64,000 nt of DNA, taken from the NCBI RefSeq assembly GCF_006345805.1, contig NC_042997.1, positions 208,072,001 through 208,136,000 of the forward strand. Reading direction: 5' to 3'. The notes under the pieces are model-generated. The model was not told where the DNA came from and made no database searches. It was given only the letters and a program-made list of their open reading frames with translations. The DNA comes from Octopus sinensis. Taxonomy: Eukaryota. The position numbers and the translations under genes are program-made. Shown piece after piece: positions 40,349-54,100 of this stretch; positions within the stretch are counted from its first letter, which is position 1; every line of letters starts with the position of its first letter.

Positions 40349-42379
40349 TTAAGTGACACACTGATCCACTTTCTGATAGCTGTCACATGCAGTTAAGGTA
40401 AGCACTGAAGTCCATTTACCTTCCAGGCTGCCAAATATTTATCCCAAACAGCTGGGCAAAATGCTGCTGAAATGCTGTAGACATCTGCTCTGGAATGAGT
40501 AGCATGCACCTATATTAGTCCACCAAAGATCGAATTATGGCTTTGTTTTCCATGTTGCACCACTGCCCTTTGGGCCCATTGAGTGGCTTTCATTCCCTCT
40601 TCTCTTAGAGCATGCACCTTAGCTCTTGCAATGCAAACTTCATGTTTAACATTGAAGAACTGATCCAGGCCAAGTCAGTTTCAACAACTTTCCTAAGTGC
40701 CTCTTCTAAGTTTCTCTCTAAATTTTCTTCTAATTCCTTTCTAACACTAATTCCTTACTAAACCTAGCTGATTCTACTCTAATTGCCCTTTTCAGGGCAA
40801 ACCACCATTTGTTGCTCATGAATGTCCCATCAACACCTGTTTAACTAATTCTTTAATCTTGGCACACTGGGAGAGATGCATTCAGCATCCAGTAACTGGG
40901 TCCCTACGATGTAAGCCTATCAAGGCTGACCATACAAATCACAAATGTGTAGCCAACTTTTACTATCTTTATCTACTGGCCTACAGAATACCCTGTCTAA
41001 AGATGAGCTGGATGACTTGATGCAATTCATCCATGTCCAAACTGGCACATCAGGGAAATCTAGTCAGTACCTGTCAGATATTTCGAAATGTCTGAGCAGG
41101 TTTGCAAGCCTTTTACCCCACCCCCACCCCTTTTTTTCTCTTGTAGCCCACACAGTCCAAACATGGATCTATGATGGTACTTCATTCGCCCACTAACACT
41201 AAAGGGCAGGGTGCTCATAGGAAAGCCTCCGGACGTCTGAAGCAGACTGGATGTCCTGTTCCTGTCAGAGCATAAACAGTCACCAGTCTGAAGGGACCCC
41301 CATCACTATTGTCCAGCATCACCAACTTCCCTCCTGGGGCGTATCTGGATCAACACCACTGTTCCACCACCCATCTCTCATTGGAATTGAGATAAATATA
41401 CCTTGCATCCATCGAAAATGGACATGAAAGCTTTAGTTGGTCAGAGAATCTGGTTTTACTGATGGCCACTACATTGACACTTAGTGACATGAGGTCATTG
41501 CATAGATGGCCCTTGTTGCCAAGGCAACCCCAGGTCACTCCCATTTATACTGCTGACTCTGAGTAGGGTTAGATCAAAGCATAGAAACGAGGAATTGACT
41601 TAGTTGGTGAGGAGGGGATGGATGTTCCATCTCTATGGATATATGTGGATGTTTCCACAAGCAGTTCTTTACATATTCGTCTCAATTTATGACTCTCTGG
41701 AAAGCCCCCCAACCCGACCCACCTCAGGATATTTTGTTTTGATGGTATTATATGTAGGTCGTGATGTCTGTATGACTTCAATATGTGTCTCTGGCTTGTT
41801 TCTCGGTGACATCAGGTTGGTGTGTGTGTGTGTGAGCTTTCTATGGTTATATATGTGTGATGCATTAGCTTTTTTGTTTTACTTTGTTGTTGTTTGTTGC
41901 TTTGTGGGGTAGTTCACATCTCTTGTTTGTTATTAACAGAAAGCTTTGAGATGGTTTGTATCCTTGCACTGCTGACATCTTGGTTTTCTACCCTCAATAG
42001 CCACATAAAGCTTTGTGCCATCCTGTAGACTAAAACACTTTGCTCGTCTGCCTGTATTAGTAGCACCATCCCCTGTTCTGTTTATGTCTGGTAGGATGTT
42101 GAAAGTTCTTCGACCAAGATAGATGGGAATAATGATTAGTTTCTCAGTTTTTAGGGTAGCTGCCGAGTGATTTTTTGCTTTCCTCCTTTGAGATGAACCT
42201 CACTTTGACAGTCCCATATTTCTTTCCCTTGGCTACATAAGTTTTGCTTTTCCAAACTGGTTTTAAGCATTTCTCTATTTGCTGCTATGTTGCCTGCTCT
42301 ATTTTCCTACTTTTGGCTCCAGTTGCTTCATATAAAACTGTCTGCAAGTTAATTTCCTGCTGGATAGTTCTAGGAATGT

Positions 42380-42920
42380 TTACTGCCACATTTCTGACAG
42401 AAATGCCAAAAAAGTAAAAAAGATTTTCAGCAAAAAACTTGCACACAGTCGCAATAGTTCAGTATGGCTCTGGAATCCTGAAGTGAACAAAGGAGAAGCT
42501 AAAGGAGATGGACAGGAAGACAAGAAAGCTCTTAACGATGTATGGAGCCCATCATCCACAAACAGACACTGATTGCCTATACAGGAAGAGAGGGAAATGG
42601 AGAAAGAGGACTGATAAGTGTGGAAGACTGTATACGTACCAAACTCCAGAGCTAAATGAGATACGTAACCCAAAGTAAGGAAACCTTGCTAGTCACAGTT
42701 TGGAACGAGGGAGTATTGGGAGCAGGGAAAAAAGGGAAAACAAAGGAAGAAGTACAAAAAGGACATGAAGAAGAATTACCCAAGAAGGGACTACATAATT
42801 AATTCCATGCAGCTAAAACAGAAGTTGCTGAAAAAAATTGGTGGGATTGGCTGATGAAAGGAACCCTAAAAAAAGAGACCAAGAACACTATACTGGTGAT
42901 GCAAGACCAAGTATTAGCCA
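42380..42920 (+). mobile_element. R4/Dong-like LINE fragment
   Basis: Similar to 12400-12830 (gacaagaaagct, aaagtaaggaaaccttgctagt). Confidence 0.7.
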
Positions 42921-43221
42921 CAAATTTTAGGGTCAATTTTGCACGTTCGAATTGTGCTTCTCTCTATTGTACAGAACTTTCTAGAGATAAGAGTTGAAGA
43001 AAACCAAGCTAACCTACGTGTATGCCAGAAAAAATCACAAAACACATTAAAGATTCCAATATTACTGAACAATTCTAAGACATCAATAAAGGATCCCATA
43101 TTTTATTTTATTTTTCAAATTTTATTCCATATTTTATTTCATCATAGAATCATTGGGGGTGGAGAGGGTAAATTCCAAAAATATCAACATCAAACAACAA
43201 ACAACAAATACATCAACCAAC

Positions 43222-43449
43222 CTTTGCTATTTCTGTGTCTTGAGGATAAACCACAAAGTTTACAACTTTGATCTGGCTTGTATTTTGATTTGAGTAGTTT
43301 TTCACGGCTTCATACATAATTCCAGGTAATTTTTCAATGGGGTACTTCAATGTTCCAGCTCCTAATATAGGAAATGCAAGGCTTTTTGCTCCCATTCTCT
43401 CAGCCTTTTCCAGACAAGTGGTTATTATATGAGTCAAGTTTGCCAGAAT
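43222..43449 (-). CDS. Exon of PARP14-like macrodomain gene (module B, macro C-terminal half)
   Basis: 228 bp, atag acceptor and gttggt donor; ILANLTHIITTCLEKAERMGAKSLAFPILGAGTLKYP...VNFVVYPQDTEIAK. Confidence 0.92.
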
Positions 43450-44028
43450 CTATAATAAATAAGTGTCTAGTAAATGGTAATAGACATTTTATTAAATTAT
43501 TTTCTTATTACAGGAAGAAATCATTAAGTTGTAATAAATATATTCTCCCTTCACAACTGTCATTCCTATCACTCTTTAGTCCTGCAAGGGACAAGGCAAC
43601 CTCACTCATGTTGCTGCTACAATAAATCAGACCCAATCCACCGTGTAAAATGGTTGTTGAATGAAGAGAGAGAATGCAGACCCAAGAGGAGTCTTTAGTG
43701 TTGTTGAGGACATGACAACCTCTCTAGTGCTCGTGCCATGACAGAGAAAATCTCACCAATACAGACAGTAAAACAGAGAAATATGTTTTAATATAGTCTT
43801 ATTTATCAGTCACATAACTGTTGTTAGGCCATGAGGCTTTTTCCCTTCTATTTATATATAAAAGTGTCCTGTTCATCGATATCTTCTGCTTCCTTCCAAT
43901 GATAACTTGGAAGACCAAATATTAAACAGGATGCTGTCATTTGCTTTATGATTCTCACACAACATGCATAAGGTTCTCTTCAAACATTAACTGTTTCAAT
44001 AAATCAATATCATATGATTGATACTTAC

Positions 44029-44256
44029 TGAATCAGGGGAATTTTCATCCCAGGGAGGTAATGCCAGATGAAATACATTCTTACATTTGAGGTTATATCC
44101 TTTAGTGACGGCTATTTCAGATGCAGAAATACCTCGAAGATATTTCTGGTTACATTCATCTTGCATCTCAGGACCAGCAGCATTGAGAATACTTTTTGAG
44201 ATAAACCCTTTGTCAAGCTGGAGTTCTTCATTGGAGCTGTTAACGATGACATCAAC
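44029..44256 (-). CDS. Exon of PARP14-like macrodomain gene (module B, macro N-terminal half)
   Basis: 228 bp, gtag acceptor and gtaagt donor; VDVIVNSSNEELQLDKGFISKSILNAAGPEMQDEC...TKGYNLKCKNVFHLALPPW. Confidence 0.92.
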
Positions 44257-44537
44257 CTACAAAAGTAATTAATGGTAAACAACTAAGGAACATTCCATGG
44301 AGAGAAGAGAGATACATTGTTGCAGTTGATATTGTTGTTAAGAAAGGCTCTACAGAATGGCTGTAGTAAGTTTGAGGTTGTTAAAGTTAGCAAAAGATAT
44401 ACTCAAGATATCAGATGTAAAGGCAATAAAATGTTTGAGTTTGATTGAGAAAATGTTTTAATTAACTTTAATGATTCCTCATTTGGAAATGAAATAACAA
44501 TTAAATATAAATAAGTAACGTGAATCTATTTACTCAC

Positions 44538-44674
44538 AGATGCATTAGAAATTGAATCAATCGTTAGGTTTATTTTGATGCCAGCATTTTCTCTGGATGT
44601 CACATTAGTTTTGGGTGTCATAGAGGATGATTCCTGTTGTGGACCAGGAAAGGATGGGTTTGGTGATGGGATAT
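44538..44674 (-). CDS. Exon of PARP14-like macrodomain gene (module B, linker and first strands)
   Basis: 137 bp, ttttcag acceptor and gtgagt donor, phase 1/0; IPSPNPSFPGPQQESSSMTPKTNVTSRENAGIKINLTIDSISNAS. Confidence 0.85.
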
Positions 44675-45099
44675 CTGAAAATAAACAATTAAACATTCTT
44701 CTCTCTCTTAAAAGAACTTCTTTATTCCATATAAATAGTAATGATATTCCTTTCTGAAAATATGATTTAGCAAGAGAATACGTACTAACTTGTAGTCATC
44801 CCCCCCCCCACCTTTTATATAGCGACAAGGCTATATAAGATTATTTCCATCTATTTCTTCTACCACATGGACTATAAATACATTGAAGAACATACTTGAA
44901 ACTTTCAAAGTCTGAAAACAGTGAAAATGGTTAGTAAAATGTGATCTTCCTCCTCCTTTTTTTCTTAAAACATTTATTAAAACAGGCTTCAGATGGTGTA
45001 GATTCCAGTAAGTTCGGAATTTGTTGTGAAAAAAATGTTTTTGAGGAAGTGGAGAAAGGAGTTTCAAAAATTCACACCAGTCAAATTTGGTTCCTTTGG

Positions 45100-45338
45100 G
45101 CACGTAAAAAGCACCAACCGATCATGGCCGTTACCAGCCTCCTCTGGCCCCTGTGCCAGTGGTACGTAAAAGGCACCCACTACACTCACGGAATGGTTTG
45201 CATTAGGAAGGGCATCCAGCTGTAGAATCACTATCAGATCAGACTGGAGCCTGGTACAGCCTCCTGGCTTCCCAGACCCCAGTTGAACCGTCCAACCCAT
45301 GCCAGCATGGAAAGCGGACGTTAAAAGATGATGATGAT
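45100..45338 (+). mobile_element. Solo RTE 3'-tail copy
   Basis: Matches 5750-5998, ending in (GAT)n. Confidence 0.85.
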
Positions 45339-46361
45339 AACTTTTGGGAAAATGGTTATTTTTAAATGAAAATTTTCACAAATACCTTTAAGAGTCTGTA
45401 AATTACGATAATATTGGAATTTGATATGAATATAAAAATTACAGACATAAATACTGATACATGTCAGATATTTGTTTTGAAAGATTTTTTATTTTTTACA
45501 ACAAATTCCAATAGAATTGGAATTTATACCATCTGAAGCATATTTATAGAAAATCTCATTAAAATTATGTTTTTCTTAAAATTTTGAGGAAAAGAAATCT
45601 TTGCGAAACAGATTTATAGGCATGGTGCAGGTAATGCTCTGGATAGTTGCTGAATATCATTCCACATGTGTGACCAAAAGTCCATAATAAACATGTAGTC
45701 TTTAAAATCTTAATCATATATATATATATACATATATATAGATGTGTTGAGCGTTGAAGTATAAAGACGTGCTTTTACTCATCTCCGCCGGTCAGCAGTA
45801 AGCTTCACAGCTACAAACGAAATTCACCATCTATATATATAAAACTGAGAATGTGTGAATACCTAAAACTTGAGAACTACACAACCAGTTTCATTTAAAT
45901 TTTACACATGCCATGACACTACATGGACCTGAAGGTTCATGTAGTGTCATGGCCAAAACAATTTTTAACTTCTTGCCTAGGGCAAGCCCACAGCAATATC
46001 ATATCTTCTCCACTATTTCAGTATTACGTGTCAAAAGTGAAAGAAAAAGATCTCTCTATTGTAATGTCAGATACTTTCACTTTAATACTGAAACTATTAA
46101 AATGAAACTATTATATAACAGGGATGAACTGTTACTGGACATCCATTCTGCTAGAAGAAGATCCACTGTGGTCTTATATGCTACACCACTGGTTTTAAAT
46201 TGATACTAATCAAATTAATATTCAATTTTTCACCCTTATTATTTTAAATTTAAAGTTACATGTATATATATATAGATGTAAGTATATATATATATATATA
46301 AACTTAGATAAAACTTAGATATGTTTCGACCAAAGATAGGATTATCTAAATCCTGTTTAAG

Positions 46362-48290
46362 TCAAGTTTTGTTTATGGTCCATTCAAGTAGTGAGTTTTT
46401 GTTGGGTGAGTTGTATCCAATTATGGGTGGCTTATCTGGTATTCTTTGAAGAAATCTATCCAGAAGCCATTTAAAGTTGATGGGATCCTTTTCCTCTTTG
46501 ATCTCTTTCGGGACAATGTTAAATAGGGCAGGGCCTGTTGAGGAAAAGAAATTATGTTGCAGTGTACATATATGCTGTGATCTTGAATTGGGCAGGGGAT
46601 GTATGGCCTGTGGTCCCAATCTTGGATGAATCTTGAAGCTAATGTTCAGGTCGTTTGGCCAAAGTTGGCGGTATATTCTCCACATCGTACAAATGATGTA
46701 CCGCTCACGGCGACGCTGGAGAGAGTAGAGTTTCAAGGCTTTAAGGCAGTCCCAATAATTGAGAGCAACCATGCCTTCAATTCGTTTAGTGAGTGCCCTC
46801 TGGGGTGACTCAATCCTCGAGATGTTTTGTCTTCTATGGGGAGACCACAGTGGGCAGCAGTATTCGAGGTGTGGCTGTACAAAGGAGGAGAAAAGTGGTA
46901 TGATGACACCTTGTTCTCTGGACCGGAAAGTTCTGATGATCCAGGAACTCATCTTACGAGCTATATCGACCTTATTGTTGATGTGTGCACTCCAACTGAG
47001 ATAGTCATCAACAATTACACCCAGGTCTCTGATGTTGTTAGAGGCTGTGAGCGGTTCCCCTGAAGGAAGAGAGTATGGCTGTTTTAGTGAGGAATTTCTT
47101 CCAAAATGCATCAGCTCAAATTTTCCCTCGTTCAGTTGCATTTTGTTTCTGTCTGCCCATTGACTCACAGCATATAGATCAGACTGGAGTTGAGTTCCGT
47201 CTGCTTCTTCATTGATGATTTGCTGGAGCTTAGTATCATCAGCAAATATTTTCACTTTGCAGTAATGTACAACACTGGAAAGGTCGTTTATGTAAATTAT
47301 AAAGAGTAGTGGGCCCAAGACAGTCCCCTGGGAGACACCGCTGGTGACTTTTGCTGGGCTTGAGTGGACTCCATCAACTACAACATGTTGTGTTCTATTC
47401 GCCAGGAAATACTTGATCCAGTGTAGAACTTTTCCACGGATTCCAACATTTGCCAATTTTGAGAGTAGGATATTATGGTCTACCCTGTCGAACGCTTTAC
47501 TGAAGTCAAGATATATGACATCAGAGTTCGAACCTGTTCCCAAGGCTTTAAGTATATCTTCAATGTGGTGTAAGAGCTGTGTTAGACAGTCCCTGCCACA
47601 GCGAAAGCCATGCTGATTTGCATTTAGGAGTTTGTGGGTCTCCAGGAAGTCAGCCATCCTTGATCTTAAGACTCTTTCAAACACTTTGATGATGTGGGAG
47701 GTGAGTGAGATTGGGCGATAGTTGAGTGCGAGGGATCTGTTTCCCTGTTTGAAAACCGGGATGACAGAAGCTGCTTCGGTATATAACCTGAGTCTAACGA
47801 ATTTCTCCAGAGGTTGGTCAGAGGGACTGGAAGTTGGTGTCTACATTCCTTCAGGAGAATAGCGGGGAATCTATCAGGGCCTACAGCAGAATAGTATTTG
47901 ACCTCATTTATTGCTGCTATGATGTCTGAGGCAGTGAAGGCTATGTCTGAGATTTTATGTTGGGAGTCAACTTCGTTCGCTTCTCTTACGTCAATATCAG
48001 TGGGAACACTAAAGACAGAGCAGTATTATTTCTGCAGTATTTCTGCCATTTCTTTAGCATCGTGTTGGGGAATGCCGTTATTTTCAATCAATGGCCCAAT
48101 GGGTGAGACAGTGGTTCTATGCTTATTTGCATAAGAATAGAACACTTTTGGGTTCTGTTTGATGTTTTTGATAACCCACTGTTCCTCCACAGCTCTTTGA
48201 TTTTCATTGGAGGTTTTCATGTCGGTCTGCAGATGAAGTTTTTCCAACTCTAGCCTTTTCATTGTTGTTGAATGAGGATGTTGTATGTGG
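46362..48290 (-). mobile_element. CR1-group LINE, 5'-truncated, with a 440-aa open RT frame
   Basis: QHGFR, YLDFSKAFDRVDH, SGVSQGTVLGPLLF, FADDTK, LEYCCPLWSP, SLQRRRERY; upstream NPKVFYSYA. Confidence 0.92.
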
Positions 48291-48312
48291 GAATATTTTA
48301 ATAGGTTGATTT

Positions 48313-48344
<32 letters not shown>

Positions 48345-48585
48345 ATATATGTATGTATATATATATATATACACGTATATATATAGATGTATATGTATAG
48401 ATGTATATGTACACATGTATATGCATAGATGTATTTCTATAGATATAGCTGTATATGTATAGATGTATGTGTAGATGTATATATACATACATGTACATGT
48501 AATATGTACACATATATATACACATATATACATGCATACATATATACACCCATACACACACACACTCACACACACATACATAGGT

Positions 48586-48890
48586 GCAGGTGTGGGTGTG
48601 TGGTAACAAACTTCGTTCCAAAACACATGGTCCTGGGTTCAGTCCCACTGTGTGGTAACTTGGCACGTGTCTTCTGTTAAAGCCTCAGACCAACCAAAGC
48701 CTTGTCAGTGGATTTTGTAGACAGAAACTGAAAGAAATCAATTGCATGTATATGTAAGTATATATTTAAGTCTATGTGTGTGTCTTTGTGTTTCTCCCTC
48801 ATCACTGCTTCACAACTGCTGTTCGTTTATTTACATCCCCATCACTTACTGGTTTCACAAGAAGAAACTGATAGAATAAGTACCAGGCTT
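48586..48890 (+). mobile_element. tRNA-derived SINE
   Basis: gcaggtgtgg..gtggtaa head, gggttcagtccc B box, body ending gatagaataagtaccaggctta. Confidence 0.75.
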
Positions 48891-49213
48891 ATCAAAATCT
48901 AAAAAAGTACGAGGCAGTGTCTCATATTTTTGTTTGCCCACTCAGTTGTATCTATCAATTTATCTTCGTATGTCTGTGTGTGTGTGTACGTATCTATATC
49001 TATCTATCTATCTACGGATGTGTTGTCAACCTCTGCTCCGAAGGTAATCGTTTATTTTGACTATTTATAGCCCATATTTTTTTGTACATTTTTGTAAATA
49101 AGGTGTGTAAGGCACCCAACTTTCGTTTGAGTGCTTTTCCAAGGGAGGAATTCGCCCCTAGGGGCAGTTTCAACCCTATTTAATTTGTGTATTTTTCTTC
49201 TCGACATTAAAAA

Positions 49214-51097
49214 ATGTTGAGAAATTTTATTGTAGAACGCTGGTCGCATTCCTTTATGGACCAGCATTTTCCTAGATTGGAAACGCTAGGAGAAAAAAAG
49301 AACTTATGCACGCAAAGTGCAAACCTGAATGACGTGGTAGTGAACGCTGCAACCACTTGCGGTAACAGCTCTGTCACCACCACCATCACTAACAACAACA
49401 ACGAGACTACTACTGCTACCACCACCACCTCCACCACCACCACCACCACCACCATGACCAACATAAATGATAAAAATGAAACTCTCGCGAATACTATTAA
49501 CAAAAACAACAAGAACAACAATGAAAATGAAATAAATATCTTACTATCTCATAGTGAAAACGTTAATATAAAAGCATCAACGACACCAGTAAATTTCGCT
49601 GACACTCTGCGTCAGAATAAAGAAATAGTAACATTTACGAATGAAGAGTTAATAGAAACGAGAGCACTCTTTACAACCCAAGGGCAGGATTTAGTGCTGC
49701 ATACACATCAACACATAAAGGAACAAATAGAAAATAAGACAATTATATATAAAATTATAAGAAAAAACAAAAAAACAAAATGAACAGATTACAAAAACGG
49801 ACATAGAAAAGTGTTTAAAAAGCATAATGAAAAAAAAAAGAATATATAAACTGGGGTCCCCAGTTTAATATAGTGGTGGTCTGCTTCCCTAACCAGGAAA
49901 TGGCAAAAGCTCACTCTACAGAGTCTTTGCAAAATGAGGAAATCATCATGGTACCTTATTACAAAGGCCAGAGAGTGAGTAGAATTACTATTAAAAATGT
50001 ACCCCCCAAGATTCCTAACAAATGGATAACAGAGACAATCTGTTACCATTTGAAAAATATAAATATTTTAGAGACTGCCGTATACAGAAATGACAATTGG
50101 GGTGGAAAAACAATAGTAGTGACCATCCAGATTGAGGGGTCCTCTATCGAGAACCTACCTGATAGGATCCACTTAGAAAATGGGCAAAACCTATATGTTG
50201 TAGCAGAAGGCAAAAAGCCTAGATGCTACAACTGTGGCAGCCCAGAACATTTAATTGCCAAGTGCACTCTGGCACAGAAAAAACAAGAAAGAACAAATCA
50301 GAAAACAAATAAAAAAACCCTTGTTGCCAACACCAACACCAACACACTCAATTATGGAACAATGCCAAGAAAAACAACAAACCAGCAAACAAACCCCAAC
50401 AACATCACCAAGAAAAGAAACAGTACCAACAAAATCACCGTTGACGACGCAACCAATTTATCATGCTGAACCAAAAGATAGACCCACACCAACACCCAGG
50501 ACGACAATTAAAAAGACAGAAAACAGTGACGAGAAGACAAATTTTACCCCTAACACCACAACAACACAAACACCGCACAAAACATCAACAATTTCTACAA
50601 GCATACATATTAACGCAAATGCTTTGCCTTTACCCCCTTCTGATTCGTCGGACGACGAAAGTTCGACGGAATGGCAAATAGCCACAGGGGGTAAAAGGAA
50701 AAGATCAAAAAAGCCCACCAAACAAGGAAGTAAAGCAGGGAGATATTTAACTCCGGACAGCATCCCCCTAGACAATCAAAAAATCAATGAACCCGCAAAA
50801 CCACACACACAACTAACTGCAATAGACACAGACAATAAAAAATTAATGGATTACATTGCATCCAACACGGACATCTGTGAAGATGACTTTAAGACAAACA
50901 ATCATCTGCGCACTACACCACCGAAACACATAAGAATTGTACACAGAACACAAACACAACACCATACACTGAAAACAATATTTCCAAATGCGGTAGGCGG
51001 GTTTCAACGATACCTCTCCAAAAAACTATACAAACACCTCATCAAAGACACTACAAAAGAAGATGAAAAAAATGAAACTTTCGAAATGAGTAAGTGA
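49214..51097 (+). pseudogene. Tx1 ORF1 (gag-like, zinc knuckle), disrupted
   Basis: CYNCGSPEHLIAKC CCHC motif in ORF 49873-50469; Thr/Asn-rich flanks; split over three ORFs. Confidence 0.8.
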
Positions 51098-51163
51098 CCT
51101 TCCCTCTTGCCTCTTGTCTCTTCCAATGTAGTGTGTGAAACACAATTTTCGTAAACATCAATT

Positions 51164-54100
51164 ATGCTTAAATTAGGTTGTGTGAATGCGCATGGCTTGG
51201 CGTCGGCTTGGAAGCAAGGTTACCTTCTAAACGACATCAAGTCACTGAACGTGGATATAGTAGCTATCAGTAAAACTAGACTCGGCAAGCTGCGGGCCCT
51301 CACGTCCATGTTTGGTGATCAATTTGACATTTATTTTTTTCCTTGTCTGCCGAACATGGGTGGTGGAGGTACCGCGGTGCTTTTTCGAAAGAGTCTAAAT
51401 GTAAAAGTAAGAACAATATTCCTAGACCCGGAGGGTAGGCTGGTTGTCTTGGACGTGGATGGCAGAAATGGGTGTGCATTCCGTCTGATGGCAGTTTATG
51501 CACCGTCCTTAACGGGTCGGGCGGATTTCTTCAGACGTCTAGAGGTTTTCCTGGGTACGTCTAGGCCTTTACTGTTAGTAGGGGATTGGAACACTACCTT
51601 GGACACGTATCTAGATTATGTGGGAATGGATAGGAATAGAAGGGGGTGTAAGTGCCTCAAAGACCTACTCAGACGTTTCCATTTGTCTGACAGGTTCCGA
51701 CTCGACCATCCGAACGTGCCAACGTGGACTTGGACAAACCGCGTCGGATCGTTGAGATCTTATCTAGATAGAATTCTATGCAGGACAGCGGATAGGGATA
51801 GTGTAGGATGTCCACAATTTAAAATAGTCAGCTACACAGATCACAAATTTGTGACGTGTACGCTCGACTTAGATAAGACACATAGACAGGGTCCCAGTTA
51901 CTGGAAACTGAACACGTCGCTCTTAGCACGACAGGTTTACAAAAACCGGATTAGCGAGTTAATTAAGAGGGCGCTGACAGGAGCCGTCGTTAACAACCGC
52001 TGGTGGTACGCCCTGAAAATGGCAATAAAATCGGAATCAATTAGGTTTAGCAAGGAATTAGCGATAGATCGAAATAGAGTAGAGGGAGACCTGGTTAAGA
52101 AACTAGAAGAGGCACTTACCACTGGCAGAGCAACCAACGTGCTGGCTGCGAGGATGGCCCTCGACCAACACCTCAATGCCAAGCACGAAGGTTGCGTCGT
52201 CAGAGCTAAAATGCGTGCCTTAAGGAATGAATGGATCGAAGCTGCACGAGAGGCCCGGGTAGCGGAGGCGCAGCGTGGCAACAGAGCCACCATTCAGTCT
52301 CTAATAGATCAACAGGGATGCAGTTTACTCGAACCCGAAAGGATGTGTGAGGCCTTTCAACAGCACTTTGCTCGACTGTTTGGTGCGAGTGGTGGGTCGG
52401 AACGCGGGATGGATTTCAGTGCCTACGTGACCGACCTGCTACGGCTCTCGGCAAGAGAAGCAGAGTGTTGTGAAAGTCCCATCCCAGCCGCTGACGTGCG
52501 GGATGCGATGGTGGGCTGTGCGAGGGATAAGTCGCCTGGATTGGACAGTCTACCCTACAAGCTGTATTGTCAAATGCCAGACTTGTTTGGCGACCTCTTG
52601 GCATCAGTCAACTGCAACTGACAACAAAACGGGAGAATCCCCGGTTTCGTGAGCCGAGGTGCAGTGACGTTGCTAAAGAAAGACCCAAACAAGGGGAATT
52701 TTATAGATAATTTCAGGCCCATCACTCTGCTCAACGCAGATTTGAAAATTTTGGCCAAAGTAATAGCCAAGAGGTTGGCGCTTGTCATTGGTAAACAGGT
52801 CGACAGGGTGCAAACATGCGCCGTGCCGGGCAGAACCATACATGACAACCTCCATCTGATGTGCTACATTGTGGACAGGGTAGTTAAAGATCCTGGCATG
52901 GGTGGGGCGCTGATCAATTTGGATCAGTCTAAAGCCTTCGATAGGGTCGACCATCGGTACTTGGCGGCTGGCTTCGGTCCCGTCTTCCATGGTTGGATCA
53001 CTGCCTTGTATAGCGGCATCCGATCGGTGATTCAGGTGAACGGTCACCTGTCGAAACCGTTTGACATCCCCTGTCGGCGCTTCTGTATGTATTGACTCTC
53101 GAGCCGCTACTGCGGAAGCTGGCAACACTGAGGGGCATCCCACGGGAACTGGGTTGCGGGACGAGCGTGTCGGCATATGCGGACAATGTCACCGTCATAG
53201 TGTCAGCGACAAACACATCCAGATGATAGATGAGACACTAAGAAAATACGAAACGGTGACGGGAGCGAAGGTTAACCCGGAAAAGTCAGTGGGTTTGCTA
53301 CTCGGCACCTGGAGAAGCAAGCCCATGCCGTCTGACTGCGGCTCAGTAGTGGGACGCTGGATGGACGGACTGGTTAAATTGCTCGGAGTCTGGTTCAGTC
53401 CGGACCTCCAAATGGATAAGAACTGGGACGAGATCACGAATAGAGTGGTCGCTCTCAGCCAAACATGGGCCGAGAGAAAGCTGTCTCTAAAAGGCCGGGC
53501 GGAGGTGGCGAACGCGTACATCGCATCCGTCATCGATTACCACCTGACCGTCGTACCTTGTCCCGACGCTACCATCACCAAACTGGAACGCATACTCTTC
53601 CGCTTCCTGTGGAAGAGTGGCGTTCAGATAGTGAGGAAGTCCATTTGCTGTCAACATCCATTGAATGGAGGACTGGGCATGCCGTGGTTGATGATGCGCA
53701 GGCATGTGCTGAGACTGCGACATCTCTGGAACTTCATCGACGACGGTGAACAGGTGTGGGCGCCGTTTGTGAAGCGCGCCTTCCCGCAGCTCGTCTCACT
53801 GACCGAACTGCAAACGTGGATCAAAAAGAGACCGAAACTGGGCGATTGGCACCGAGAGTGTGGCCAAGCTCTACAGTAGCTCTGCCAACCAGGGTCAAAC
53901 TCGTGCAACTTACAAACGACTAAAGCGTTCTATAGCGGACTAGTGGAAGGGAGGTTCGACGACACACTCGGGGAAAATCTGGGCGTCGACGAGAAATTCC
54001 TAACCCGCCTGTTCAGGACGACGTTCGGGCCGGGGCCTATGGATAACTTCCAGAAATCCCTGGCTTGGCGGTGCTATCGAGACGCACTACCTGTTCAAGA

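Larger units (their letters stand above)
36890..42370 (-). mobile_element. Tx1/L1-clade LINE, decayed, split by piggyBac
   Basis: KVLAKKLALVI, GSIHDDL, GGALINL at 37154-37495; HLCNDLMSLSVNVVAISKTR at 41350-41544. Confidence 0.8.
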
